Shown here: positions 20,616 to 30,405 of the stretch, one piece after another | How positions within the stretch are numbered: position 1 is the first letter of the stretch | Layout: each line of letters opens with the position of its first letter | Assembly (NCBI GenBank): GCA_052055015.1 | Contig: JBQJIT010000081.1 | Length of the DNA stretch: 32,853 nucleotides | Reading direction: 5' to 3' (one strand) | From: Malassezia furfur | Taxonomy: Eukaryota | Position numbers and translations under genes: made by a program | Notes under the pieces: generated by a model | Told to the model about the DNA's origin: nothing | Database searches by the model: none | The model's input: the letters and a program-made list of their open reading frames with translations, nothing else

Positions 20616-23115
20616 ATGTCGCGGCTCATCGTGAAAGGCCTCCCGCCGTACCTCACCGATGTGCGGCTGCGTGAGCACTTTGCGCAGAAGGGATCGGTGA
20701 CGGATGCCAAGCTCATGAAGCGGCCGGACGGCACGTCCCGCCGCTTTGGGTTTGTGGGCTACCGTACCGAGGAAGAGGCGCAGGAGGCGAAGGACTACTT
20801 CGACCGCACCTACATTGATACCGCACGCATCTCGGTCGCGATTGCCAAGAAGATCGGTGATGAAGAGCTGCAGAAACGTAACGAAGCCAAGGCCAAGGCA
20901 CAGTCCACGGCTGCAAAAGAGCCCAAGGCAGAGAAGAAGCGCAAAGCCGAGCCGAGTGCCTCGTCCGGTGCGTCGTTCGAAGAGTTTTTGTCGGTGATGG
21001 CGCCCAAGCTCAAGCGCAAGTCGTGGCAAAACAACGAGGACTTGGAAGCGGCGCAGCCCGCGCCCGCGCCTACGGAGGAGCAGCCCGCCAAGAAACCCAA
21101 AAAGAAGCGGACTGAAGCTGAGCCGTCGCCGGCGCTGCCCGCTGCGCCGAGCGACCAGGCCGCAGCCGATGAGCAGCTGAGTGACCTGGAGTACATGCGG
21201 CGCCGCATGCGCCACACCGTTGCTGGTGGCGAAGAGCAGAAAGCCTTTGAGCAGTCTGACTCGGAGGCGGAGTCGGAGGCGTCCGAGTCCGAGTCGGAGC
21301 CGGAAGAGATCGCGCAGGAGAACGCGCGGCGGCGTGCCAAACTGGAGGCAGAACAACGCAAGGAGGAGGAGAACGTCGATACCATTATGCAATCCGGTCG
21401 CCTGTTTGTGCGCAACTTGCCGTTTACGGCTACCGAGGAGGAACTCGAGTCGTTCTTTTCAGCGTACGGTCCGCTGGCACAGGTACGTATTCTAACGCGG
21501 CAGGTGGGTTGCGAGGATGACTCGCAGTATAGGGACAACCGAGGCATTGCCGATGCGGATGTCATACTGGGAAAAAAGATAGTAGATGTTTCTGAGGCAA
21601 CCCACCGCCGCGCACGGTTGTCGAGCAAGCTGACCCCAGGTGCACATTCCCCTTGACGCCGAGACTAAGGCGTCCAAGGGACTTGCGTTCGTCAAATACC
21701 ACGACCCTGCGCATGCGCTGCTCGCCTATCGCGGCCGCAACGGTGCCATCTTCCAGGGCCGGCTCCTCCACGTACTGCCGGCTGTGGATCTGACGCCCAA
21801 GCCTGCGGCGCCCGCAACGCTGAAGCAGAAGCGGCACGCAGCGCAGCGCGCCAACGCCGGCAAAGACTTCAACTGGAGCATGCTGTACATGAACAGCGAT
21901 GCTGTTGCTGCCTCGATCTCGGACCGCCTCGGCGTTGCCAAGAGCGACATCCTCAACCCCGAGGACGGCTCAACCAGTGCGGCGGTGCGACTCGCGCTCG
22001 CTGAGACGCGCATCATCCAGGAGACCAAAGAATTCTTCGCACAGCATGGCATGAACCTCGAGGCGTTTGAGCACGTCAAGGAACGCAGCGACGATACCAT
22101 CCTCGTAAAAAATATCCCGTACGGCACGACCGGCGAGGAGATTCGCGCGCTGTTTGCCAACTATGGCGATGTGGCGCGCGTGTTGATACCCCCTTCGAAC
22201 ACGATCGCCGTGGTCGAGATGCCCGTCGTCGGCGAGGCACGCACGGCGTTCCGTGCGCTGGCGTACAAGCGCTTCAAGGACAGTGTCCTCTATCTCGAGA
22301 AGGCGCCCGCGGCTTTCCTGCCCGACCACGGCGCTGGCCCGCGCGAGACAATCTCGGGCGTGCAGGGCATTGCGGCGCCCGAGTCGAGCCGCACGCTGCT
22401 GACACCCGACGAGCAGGGCGACGTGGCCGCGACGCTGTACATCAAGAACCTGAGCTTTGCCACCACCTCGGAGCGCCTTGCCGACGCTTTCCGTGGGATG
22501 GACGACTTTGTGTTTGCGCGCGTGCAGACCAAGCCGGACCCCAAGCACCCTGGCGCGCGCCTGAGTATGGGCTATGGGTTTGTAGGCTTCCGCTCGCAAG
22601 AGCGTGCACAGGCTGCGCAGCGTGCGATGAACGGCTACCTGCTCGACGGCCACACGCTCGCAGTGACGTTTGCCAAGCGCGGCCACGACGCCGACGACGC
22701 CCAGCCGCAGCGTGCGCCGAGCGCCAAGATGCTCGTGAAGAACGTGCCCTTCGAGGCCACCAAGAAGGACCTGCGCGAGCTGTTTGGTGCACACGGCCAG
22801 CTCAAGAGCGTGCGCCTGCCGCGCCAGGTGCATGGGTGCACGCGCGGTTTTGGCTTTGTCGAGTTTGTGTCGCGCCGCGAGGCGGAGACGGCAATGGCCG
22901 CCCTCAAGCACACGCACTTGCTCGGCCGCCACCTCGTCCTCGAGTGGGCGGGTGCCGAGGACCACGACGCGGCCGTTGCCGAGCTGCGCGAAAAGACGCG
23001 CAAGGCGTACGTCACCGACGCCGAGCGCTCGCACGTCACTGGTCAGCGCCAAAAGATCCGCATGGGCATGGAGCAGATCAACGACGCACTCGCCCAGCCG
23101 TCCGACTCGGACTAG
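20616..23115 (+). CDS. MRD1: Multiple RRM-domain ribosome biogenesis protein Mrd1/RBM19
   Basis: MSRLIVKGLP...SRRFGFVGYRT, GRLFVRNLPF, FQGRLLHVLPA, NWSMLYMNSDAV, AVRLALAET, LSMGYGFVGF, THLLGRHLVLEWA. One 157-nt intron at 21483-21639 (Q|VHIP). Confidence 0.95.
21497..21611 (+). ncRNA. SNR64: Intronic box C/D snoRNA, snR64/SNORD74-like (predicted guide for the LSU Cm2337-equivalent)
   Basis: Terminal stem GCGGCAGGTGGGTTGC/GCAACCCACCGCCGC; C box AGGATGA (21514-21520); guide ATAGGGACA (21529-21537) complementary to LSU UGUCCCUAU; D' CCGA (21539-21542); second element AGATAGTAGAT (21577-21587) complementary to the neighbouring AUCUACUAUCU; D box CTGA (21592-21595). Confidence 0.82.
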
Positions 23116-23148
23116 TGTACGATAGAATATGTACTTTACACTGTGAAC

Positions 23149-23718
23149 CTATGCATGCTCGGTCGCGAGCTCATTGGCGATGCTGGGCGCCAGCGCCGGA
23201 AAGGCGGTCGAGAGCGCTGCGCACAGCTCGTCGCGGTAGGCCTGTGTGAGTAAGGAGCGACGTACACGAATCGATGCGTGCTGCCCGACCGAGTACTGGT
23301 TCTCGCTCGCGAGCCGGTTAATAAAGGTGCGTGTGTGGCTGTCGGGATTGCGCCCAGCGTCGACCAAACTGCGTGAGCGGTTCGTGGACGTACTCGACGG
23401 CGTCCTTGGGGACGAGCGTATGGATATGCCCTCGCATCACGTCGATGTCTGCGAGGCGGCGCACGGTGTGGTTCCTGTGTGAGCGGCGCGTGCGACGTAC
23501 ACCGTGTCGCCCAGCCCCTCGCTGGGCTGCACGTCGGCGGCGCGCGAGGCCAGTTCGTAGAGCACGTCGACGACGGCGCGCGTGCGCGTCTCGAGATCGC
23601 GGCGCACGATCTCGTCAAGCGGCAGCGATATAGTATGCGTGTGGGTGTCGTGCGGCGCTGTGCCTGTGCCGGCCGGCGGCGAGGGCGACGCCGACGTCGG
23701 CGTCACGGGCGTGTCCAT
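23149..23718 (-). CDS. NUT2: Mediator subunit Med10/Nut2
   Basis: With introns 23475-23500 (26), 23369-23393 (25) and 23242-23265 (24) removed it reads ...LVPKDAVDLVDAGRNPDSHTRTFINRLASENQYSVG..AYRDEL...FPAL, matching the Med10 GRNPD signature. Confidence 0.82.
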
Positions 23719-23763
23719 GCGTCGAAGGCGGAGGCGAAGGCCACGTGGCAACTACGTGCGGGG

Positions 23764-25338
23764 CTACGGCCAGTCCTCGTCGGAGTCTTCGAGTTCGCCG
23801 TCGGCGATTTCGTTGGCAAGCTCGCGCTCGCGCTCGCGTGCAGCGGTCGCCGAGGCGAGTTCGGCGCGGTGCGAGTCGAGCGAGTAGCGCATTGCCTTGA
23901 CGCTGTCGTTGTGCAGCTGCATGCAGAACTGGATGCGCTGCTGGAGCTGTGCTTGCGGCTCGTTCGTCGCGTAGATATCCACCGCCTCGTTCGACACCAT
24001 CACCGCGTTCTCGTGGTCGATCCGCGCATCAATCACGCCGTCGCGGATCGCCTTGGCAATCACGTACTCGGCGTCCTCCTCCGACTCGAGGTGCAGCTTG
24101 CGCGTGATGTCCGCGAGCGAGATGCGCGAGTAGGCGAGCGAGATGCGCCGGATGCCCGTCTTGATGACGTTGTGGCGCAGGCGCAGGATCAGCGAGATGG
24201 TCTTGTCGCGGCCGAACAGTTTTTCGTGCTTCTGCAGCGTGCTCTGGAAGAGCGACAAATCACCCACGCGCACCGCCTGCACGATCGGCAGGTAGGGCGC
24301 CAGTGCACGGCGCAGCATCGGAATCCGGAACACGGAGCGCTCGGGCAGGTCGCCCATGAGCAGCTCGACAATGATCAAGAACTTGTACGCCGTCTGCAGG
24401 AAGCCCGCAGCAAGCCACTTGGACGTCTCGGGCGCGTCCTTGGTCTGGCTCTTGGGCGCCAGCAGGCCCTGCTGCGGCGCGCGGCGGATCGCCTGCTGGA
24501 GGTGAGCGTGCGCGTCGGAGTAGTTCAGCTGGACGGCACGGATTCGACCGACGTAGTAGTCGTAGCGCGCCACCTGCGGGTTCGATGCGTGCGCACGCGG
24601 GAACGGCGCGCGCGCCACGAGCTTGTCCGCCTCGTCGTACATGTTGTTGTCCACGATGAAGAAGCGGAGGAGCAGGTTGATCGCCGTGGCGTTCGTCTCG
24701 GCGTCGTGGCGCAGTGCCGCGGTGCTCTGCACGCTCGCCAGCACCGCGCGCAGCGACGTGTTGGGGCTCGGGCTCAGCTCGTAACAGCGCCCGTACATGA
24801 AAAGCAGCTTGCCGCCCAGCAGGTCGAGCGAGCGGCGGTTGTACGCCAGCACCTGGTTGAGCGCACGCTCGCCGATCTCTTTGGCCTTGGCGGGATCCTT
24901 GCGCTCGTCCAGCACGTACACCATCACGAGCAGCTGCAGGTAAGCTGTGATCTCGGGCAGCGCCTCGGGGGCCACCGGGGCCGCCGACGGCGCCGGGCGT
25001 GGCGCCGGGGTGTCTTCCTCCATCGCCTCCGGCTTGTCGGCGGGCTTGTCGGCGGGCTTGTCGGCGTACGCAGCCGGCAGGCACGCAAGCAGCTCCTCGC
25101 GCAACGCCGCCGCGTTCTTCTCGCCAAGTGTCTCGCCCACAACGAGCGCAAGCACGTCGGCGTCGTGCCGCAGCTGCCGCCGCACGTACAGCAGCGAGCG
25201 CATCACTCGCGCCAAATACCGCTGCTCGACGTGCGCCACGCTGCGCTGGATAAGCGCAATATTGTGGCGCAGCAGCTCAAGGAACTGCGGCTTGCTCGAT
25301 TCGGGAGTCGCCGCAGACGGTTGCTTCGCTTCGCCCAT
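23764..25338 (-). CDS. RPN3: 26S proteasome lid subunit Rpn3 (PCI domain)
   Basis: NRRSLDLL, ARYDYYVGRIRAVQLNYSDA, VELLMGDLPERSVF, RLRHNVIKTGIRRISLAYSRISL, AKAIRDGVIDA, LHNDSVKAMRY; intronless 524 aa. Confidence 0.95.
   Translation of the reverse strand: MGEAKQPSAATPESSKPQFLELLRHNIALIQRSVAHVEQRYLARVMRSLLYVRRQLRHDADVLALVVGETLGEKNAAALREELLACLPAAYADKPADKPADKPEAMEEDTPAPRPAPSAAPVAPEALPEITAYLQLLVMVYVLDERKDPAKAKEIGERALNQVLAYNRRSLDLLGGKLLFMYGRCYELSPSPNTSLRAVLASVQSTAALRHDAETNATAINLLLRFFIVDNNMYDEADKLVARAPFPRAHASNPQVARYDYYVGRIRAVQLNYSDAHAHLQQAIRRAPQQGLLAPKSQTKDAPETSKWLAAGFLQTAYKFLIIVELLMGDLPERSVFRIPMLRRALAPYLPIVQAVRVGDLSLFQSTLQKHEKLFGRDKTISLILRLRHNVIKTGIRRISLAYSRISLADITRKLHLESEEDAEYVIAKAIRDGVIDARIDHENAVMVSNEAVDIYATNEPQAQLQQRIQFCMQLHNDSVKAMRYSLDSHRAELASATAARERERELANEIADGELEDSDEDWP
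25031..25066 (-). repeat. 12-bp coding tandem repeat x3 (ADKP) in an Rpn3 loop
   Basis: GGCTTGTCGGCG repeated three times; encodes ADKPADKPADKP. Confidence 0.8.
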
Positions 25339-25447
25339 CGTGACCGACGTCGCTGGCGAAGCGGGCGGCCGCGCGTCGGATGACTAAACGTGACGGCGCG
25401 GCGCGGCGCCTTGGGTATTATACAACTACAACGAATGGATATCATGG

Positions 25448-27262
25448 CTACGGCGAGCCTTGCAGACTACCGAGCGACTCGCGGATCACCAGGTGGACCG
25501 AAGTGACCACCACAATGTCGCGCAGCTCCTCGCGCGAGAATCCGTGCCCGTCTTGGCCGATCCCGGTGTTGCGCAGGTCGGGTAGCGGGCTCGGGAGCGA
25601 CAAATGGCACACCACCAGCGGGTGGTGCGGGGCGGGCCGAAGTTGCCCGATGGGAATGCGCGTCGCCTCATCGAGCACCAAAAAGCACGTCCACGAGCAG
25701 TACTGCAGCTCCGTGTCGGACTCGGTCGCATCGCAGCCCCACCCATGGCGCGACGGCGACGTGGCGGGCGACGGTGACCGGCCGCCACGGCTCCGGCTCA
25801 CTGAGCGCTCCTCGATGGGCGGAAGCGGCGGCGCACGCAGCGAGTCGGGCGACGTGGGGGTCGTGCGCGGAACGACTTCGTTGTCGGGCGTCGGCAAGGG
25901 CGAGTTGGTCGCCTTGGGCGATGTGGTGCCGCCGCTATCACGCACCCACTCAAATGTCGGCCGGATGGTGTGGGCCGGCGGCGCTGCGATTCCGTGGCCT
26001 TGACGTGCGTGGTCATTAAACTGGCGCCAAATGCGCGTCAGGATGGGGTTCGTGTCGGCATGTGCCGGGGTGGCAGCCGTGCCCAGCTCCTCGTCGCGCG
26101 CCCAGCGCTTGACTTCCCAAACGTAGGCTCGCGTCGTCTTGCCATGCGCCACGCCCGCGCCTGGCACAAGCTGCGGGATGGAGTGTGAGTGCATTGCAGA
26201 GGCATGCGTCGGCGCTGTGGGGGACACTGCCGTCGGCGTCAGCGCATCGTGCGAGTCGGTGCGGCGCAGCGGCTCCATCGTCGACGGGCCGGCGTTCCGC
26301 GGCACGGTGCGCATCGACTGCGCGCGTTTTAGGCCGGTGGGCTCTTCGCCCACACCTGTGCTGCGCAGCTGACTGCCAAACTTGCGGATGCGCGAGAAAA
26401 ACTTGCTGCGCAGGACCTTGTTGGGCTCACCGGTCGACAACACAGCCTTGTCAACCGCGTCGTCTGATACCCCAAGCGACTCGGAGCTGCCACGGGCATC
26501 CTCGTGTGCATCTGCGTGGACTTGTGCGAGGGCTGCGTGCGGTGGTGTCCGGCGCCCGGCGGTGTATAGCATCTCTTGCGGCTGCAGCAGGCCAAAGCCC
26601 TCAATCTCGACGCCCTTGCGCGTAAACTTGGCGACGTTCTGATCGGTGCCGGCATCCACAATGTGCGTGGTGCGGATATGATGGTAGTCCAAATTGTACA
26701 GAGCAATGGCCCGACGCGCCGACGCGCCGTTCGACGAACTCGACATGTCCGAGGCACCGGAGCGCGACGACGACGACGAGTTCGAGCGACGCAAGTCCGC
26801 TACTGGCGTCGTGCTTGAGCCCGAGTTACTGCGGCTTCGTCCCCCGCCGTGGCCCAGTTCACTGCTCGGGTTGGATCCGGTACGGCTGCGGCTCAGGAGC
26901 TGGATTTGCAGGTTGTATGGATGATAGTGCTGCTTCTTCAGTGAAGGCTGCACAATGATCAGCTCCTCGGGTGGTGCAGCACGCGCGCGGCGTTGCGGCA
27001 TCGCGGTCAGAGCCAACGCCGCGGAAGTGTCGAGGGTGGGCGGTGTACGCGGCACGTCGGGACCCGAGTCCGACGTGTGACTCGCACCGTTGTCCGAGTG
27101 CACGTCGTGCGACTCGACATCCGTTTCGATCTCGCTCGGCTCATCGACCAGCTGACGACACATCTCCTCGTCATAACCAATGCCGCCAGGCATACGTTTT
27201 GTCGGCTGGATCTTACCCATAGCCAGGGGCGGTGCACAAGGCGTGGAGACCACTTCCGCCAT
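25448..27262 (-). CDS. Uncharacterised protein, 604 aa, with structured-looking islands in a Ser/Pro-rich scaffold
   Basis: Intronless ATG-started ORF; blocks YNLQIQL, LYNLDYHHIRTTHIVDAGTDQNVAKF, YVWEVKRW, PAPHHPLVVCHLSLPSPLPD, SREELRDIVVVTSVHLVIRE. No domain recognised. Confidence 0.78.
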   Translation of the reverse strand: MAEVVSTPCAPPLAMGKIQPTKRMPGGIGYDEEMCRQLVDEPSEIETDVESHDVHSDNGASHTSDSGPDVPRTPPTLDTSAALALTAMPQRRARAAPPEELIIVQPSLKKQHYHPYNLQIQLLSRSRTGSNPSSELGHGGGRSRSNSGSSTTPVADLRRSNSSSSSRSGASDMSSSSNGASARRAIALYNLDYHHIRTTHIVDAGTDQNVAKFTRKGVEIEGFGLLQPQEMLYTAGRRTPPHAALAQVHADAHEDARGSSESLGVSDDAVDKAVLSTGEPNKVLRSKFFSRIRKFGSQLRSTGVGEEPTGLKRAQSMRTVPRNAGPSTMEPLRRTDSHDALTPTAVSPTAPTHASAMHSHSIPQLVPGAGVAHGKTTRAYVWEVKRWARDEELGTAATPAHADTNPILTRIWRQFNDHARQGHGIAAPPAHTIRPTFEWVRDSGGTTSPKATNSPLPTPDNEVVPRTTPTSPDSLRAPPLPPIEERSVSRSRGGRSPSPATSPSRHGWGCDATESDTELQYCSWTCFLVLDEATRIPIGQLRPAPHHPLVVCHLSLPSPLPDLRNTGIGQDGHGFSREELRDIVVVTSVHLVIRESLGSLQGSP

Positions 27263-27607
27263 TGCCTAGATCGGCGCAATATTGCCTCACGAAGAGATGA
27301 TGGAGAACGACAGAGATACGGGTCACTGAATTCGGCGCAGAAACCTCTAGGCGCGGGCTTCAGAGCAACGGTGCTTTAAAAGAAATGGTGCGATCCGCGG
27401 GGCTTGGCACAGGCCTCGCCACCAGCACCAACGGAATTAATCTTGGTGTCTCCGCGGCGCGGTCTCCATGGAAGCATATGCATCATATAATTGGTGCACA
27501 GAGTCGCTCGGGCCCGATGAGGCACCAATCGGACTGGAAAAGCCACGTGGACGGGGGCTGGGGCGCGGACATGATGTGTCCGCTGGGCTAGGCCGAAGAA
27601 AAAATTT

Positions 27608-27617
27608 CCTAAATAGG
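27608..27617. promoter_or_regulatory. CArG box (MADS/Mcm1-type site), putative
   Basis: TTT-CCTAAATAGG-TCA matches CC(A/T)6GG, in an AT-richer 465-nt intergenic region upstream of the 604-aa gene. Confidence 0.35.
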
Positions 27618-27727
27618 TCACTCTATCGAGCGATTTAGGGCCTTGGTCCAATGGCCACACCCCAAGGCACGCATAGGCCAGCCGGGCGGCGTTAATTTTT
27701 TTTAGGACCACATCTCCGCGGAATTCA

Positions 27728-28566
27728 CTACTTAGATGACTGGGGGAAAGAAAGTCCAGCCACGCCGATCCCCCGCGGACCAAAGTGCTGCGTAAGAAGG
27801 TTTCACGCACCTTTGCATAACACATCCGGCACCAGGTATTGGGCCAACCTTGCTCCGATAATTCCGCAGGGCCATCTTGGACCTTGCCTGGATCCAGGGA
27901 CGTATGGCATCCATCACATCGTAGGCACGCGCGGTGCCATTTATGGCCTGCCGCCTGGCGTTGCTCCGCGAAATCTTTGTTAGTGGTCGTTGTATACATA
28001 CAAACCGGTTTGTGACATCTTGCACACAGCGGCGTCCCGCCAATGATGGGCGCGGACGGCGACGAAAGCTTCGTCGGCGCTATTTCGTCACCCATCATCG
28101 ACTCGGTGTGCGATGCATCTGCACTTTGGCTGCCCAAGCTCTGTCGGCTGAGCGAAGTAGGGATCCTCAATGGCTCAGTACTGCCCGAAGGTGTCACTGG
28201 CAGCGGCCTCCGGCCGGACGAAGGGCTCGTGTGCATGCCGCCGCCTGATGACGATCCCGGGCTCGTCTCAATTTTTCGCGCTTCTGGTGACGCGTGGTGG
28301 GGAATATCAATATGTGCACGTAGCGGCACAGCCGTACCAAACTTGTCCTTTCCCTGCCCTAGGTGGGTACGGTGACAATTGTTACAGAATGGCTCGCCAT
28401 CGTGCTCGAGAAGCGAGACGCTGTCCAGTAACTTGTTGCACATCACACATTTCAGGCACTGCTTATGGTAGGACTTGGACATGGGTCCCAGGACCTTTTC
28501 TGCCGCATACACGCGGTCATTACATCGCGGACATCGCGGCGCTTCCACGAAGATGCGCGGCGCCAT
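27728..28566 (-). CDS. Two-LIM-domain cysteine-rich protein (CRP/CSRP-like)
   Basis: LIM1: CPRC..VYAAEK...YHKQCLKCVMC...FCNNCH; LIM2: CARCHKPV|YFAEQ...WHRACLRCDGC...WCRMCYAK|HFGPRG. Introns 27975-28001 (27 nt, AAG acceptor) and 27788-27810 (23 nt). Confidence 0.88.
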
Positions 28567-28903
28567 GTCCACAATGCGCACGATGCCAACACCGCCAAGC
28601 CCCATCACGTGGCAGATCGTACGCGCACGACCCACCCTCACGTGGAAATCCACGTGTCGCTGCCTGGTCTGTGGCCCAGGCGGCCCGAACCGTTCGTGGA
28701 GGCCGGTCTGGGCCCAGCCAGCGAATCCCTGGTCTCCACTACAGACGCACTCTAATTCGCGTGCACCGAGCGGGGTGCTCTTGACCTGTCACCTCCGACA
28801 ACCTACCAAGGTGCGTGTTCTTATAACTCATCCCAGATTTTGCGTGTCGACGTGTTGTCTTCCACATCCAACACAGTCTTCTCTCTTACATCACTTGGCA
28901 CCT

Positions 28904-29698
28904 ATGGCTACTCCCTCTCAACCCTCCAAGGCATCCGTGCGTCAGGACGAGGCTGAGTCTCCCTCGTCCGCTGTCACGCCGACTCCGAAAGAAGTCAAGG
29001 CTCAGTCGTATGATGTATTGATGGGTGCTTCGCGCTCCCATGAAAATGGACCTTCCATTGCTCCTATTCCCTCGCTGGAGTCGATCCGGGAATGGGTGCA
29101 TGCGGCCATCTTCAATCCGTCTCCCGAACGTCCCTACCGCATCAACCCGCCTCCGCAGGACCGGCCCGTGCGTATTTACGCAGATGGCGTGTATGACCTC
29201 TTCCATTACGCGTACGTTTCGTACCTCTGACGCAGACACATGTTGCAGCTTCGCCAAGCCAAGCTTTCGTTCCCCTCTGTATACCTAATTGTGGGCGTCG
29301 TCTCCTCGGATCTGTGCGAGAAGCACAAGAACCGGCCCATGCTCGAGTCTAGCGAGCGTTATGAGGCCTTGCGGAATTGTCGCTGGGTTGACGAAGTGCT
29401 CGAAGATGCACCGTGGGTCATTGAACCCGAGCTCGTCAACAAGCTCGCGATCGACTATGTCGCACATGACGAGCTGCCGTATGCGATGGCTACGGGTGGG
29501 CAAGCGCAATCCCACAGCGATGTCTACGACTGGCTGAAAAAGGAGGGACGGTTCCTGCCCACGCGTCGCACCGAGGGGATCAGCACGAGCGAGCTCATGT
29601 CGCGCATCGTCTCGATGTATCGTGAAGGTGATCTGGACGCCAAGCTTGAGAAGATGGGCGAAAGCAAGCTTACATCGACGTCTCCCTATAGCCCGTAA
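28904..29698 (+). CDS. PCT1: Choline-phosphate cytidylyltransferase
   Basis: PPQDRPVRIYADGVYDLFHYA|HMLQLRQAK, CRWVDEV, IDYVAHD, TRRTEGISTS; intron 29212-29235 (24 nt, contains an in-frame stop). Confidence 0.92.
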
Positions 29699-29708
29699 TC
29701 CATGGTCA

Positions 29709-30353
29709 TTAATGTGATTCGTTTTCAGCGACCGGGGGTGCATCATCAGCATTGGCCGGGGGTTCTTGCGAGGCATCTGGATCGCGTGCCTTCTCGTCGT
29801 GAGGCTTCTCAGGTGTAGCGCTGCGTGCCTCGCTCGGTTCGCGATCATCTCTGCGAGGAGAGTCGCGTGCATCGGCCTCGACTCTGCGCGGTTCAGGCGA
29901 GCGTGAGTCACGTCCATAAGACCCATCCCGCGCGCGCGGCTCCGTAGGGCGGTCGTCGTAGCGCTTCTCCGGGCGCCGGGGCGAGGGAGATCGGCGGCCC
30001 CGCGGAGCTCCACCTGTGCGCCAAACTGGCGAAGGTTTGTTCTTGAGTAAGCAATCGGGCGCGCGCACGTACCTTGGCATACTGGACATCGAGGCGGTAC
30101 GAGCCAAGGCGAAGTCCATGGAGGTCGTGATATGCGTCCTCTGCGTCGCGGATGTCTCCATATTCCACAAACGCATACGGACGCGAGGTGGGCGTCTTGG
30201 GCGCCGGGATGTCGCAGCGTACGAGCGGCCCGATTCTGCATGAGAGGTATGCACGTACCGCTCGAAATCGATCGCCAGATCACTCGCAGTCATGCGAAGA
30301 GGGAAACCTGTCACATACAACGTCCGTGAAGAAATGGGTCGGCGCCCCGCCAT
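29709..30353 (-). CDS. srp1: SR splicing factor (RRM + RS/RD domain), S. pombe Srp1-like
   Basis: RTLYVTGF...[15 protein letters not shown]...[18 protein letters not shown]; introns 30236-30258 (23 nt) and 30042-30072 (31 nt, AAG acceptor); RSPSP and RD-rich tail. Confidence 0.88.
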   Translation of the reverse strand: MAGRRPISSRTLYVTGFPLRMTASDLAIDFERYVHTSHAESGRSYAATSRRPRRPPRVRMRLWNMETSATQRTHITTSMDFALARTASMSSMPRYVRAPDCLLKNKPSPVWRTGGAPRGRRSPSPRRPEKRYDDRPTEPRARDGSYGRDSRSPEPRRVEADARDSPRRDDREPSEARSATPEKPHDEKARDPDASQEPPANADDAPPVAENESH

Positions 30354-30405
30354 GGTCCGTGACAGAGCCGCACGGCATGAACCCAAATTTTGGCCACGCG
30401 GCTGG

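Noticed and set aside
23479..25383. 634-aa plus-strand ORF, and many other long antisense or alternate-frame ORFs (e.g. 1685-2947, 13180-14067, 21970-23052)
   Set aside because: Shadow ORFs opposite clear genes (RPN3, IRC20, TEF4, MRD1), expected from high GC3 and the scarcity of TTA/CTA/TCA codons; no recognisable motifs.
27263..27727. Largest intergenic region, considered as a tRNA/ncRNA locus or centromere
   Set aside because: No cloverleaf or A/B boxes and no convincing guide; only mildly AT-rich, unlike the deep GC troughs described for Malassezia centromeres.
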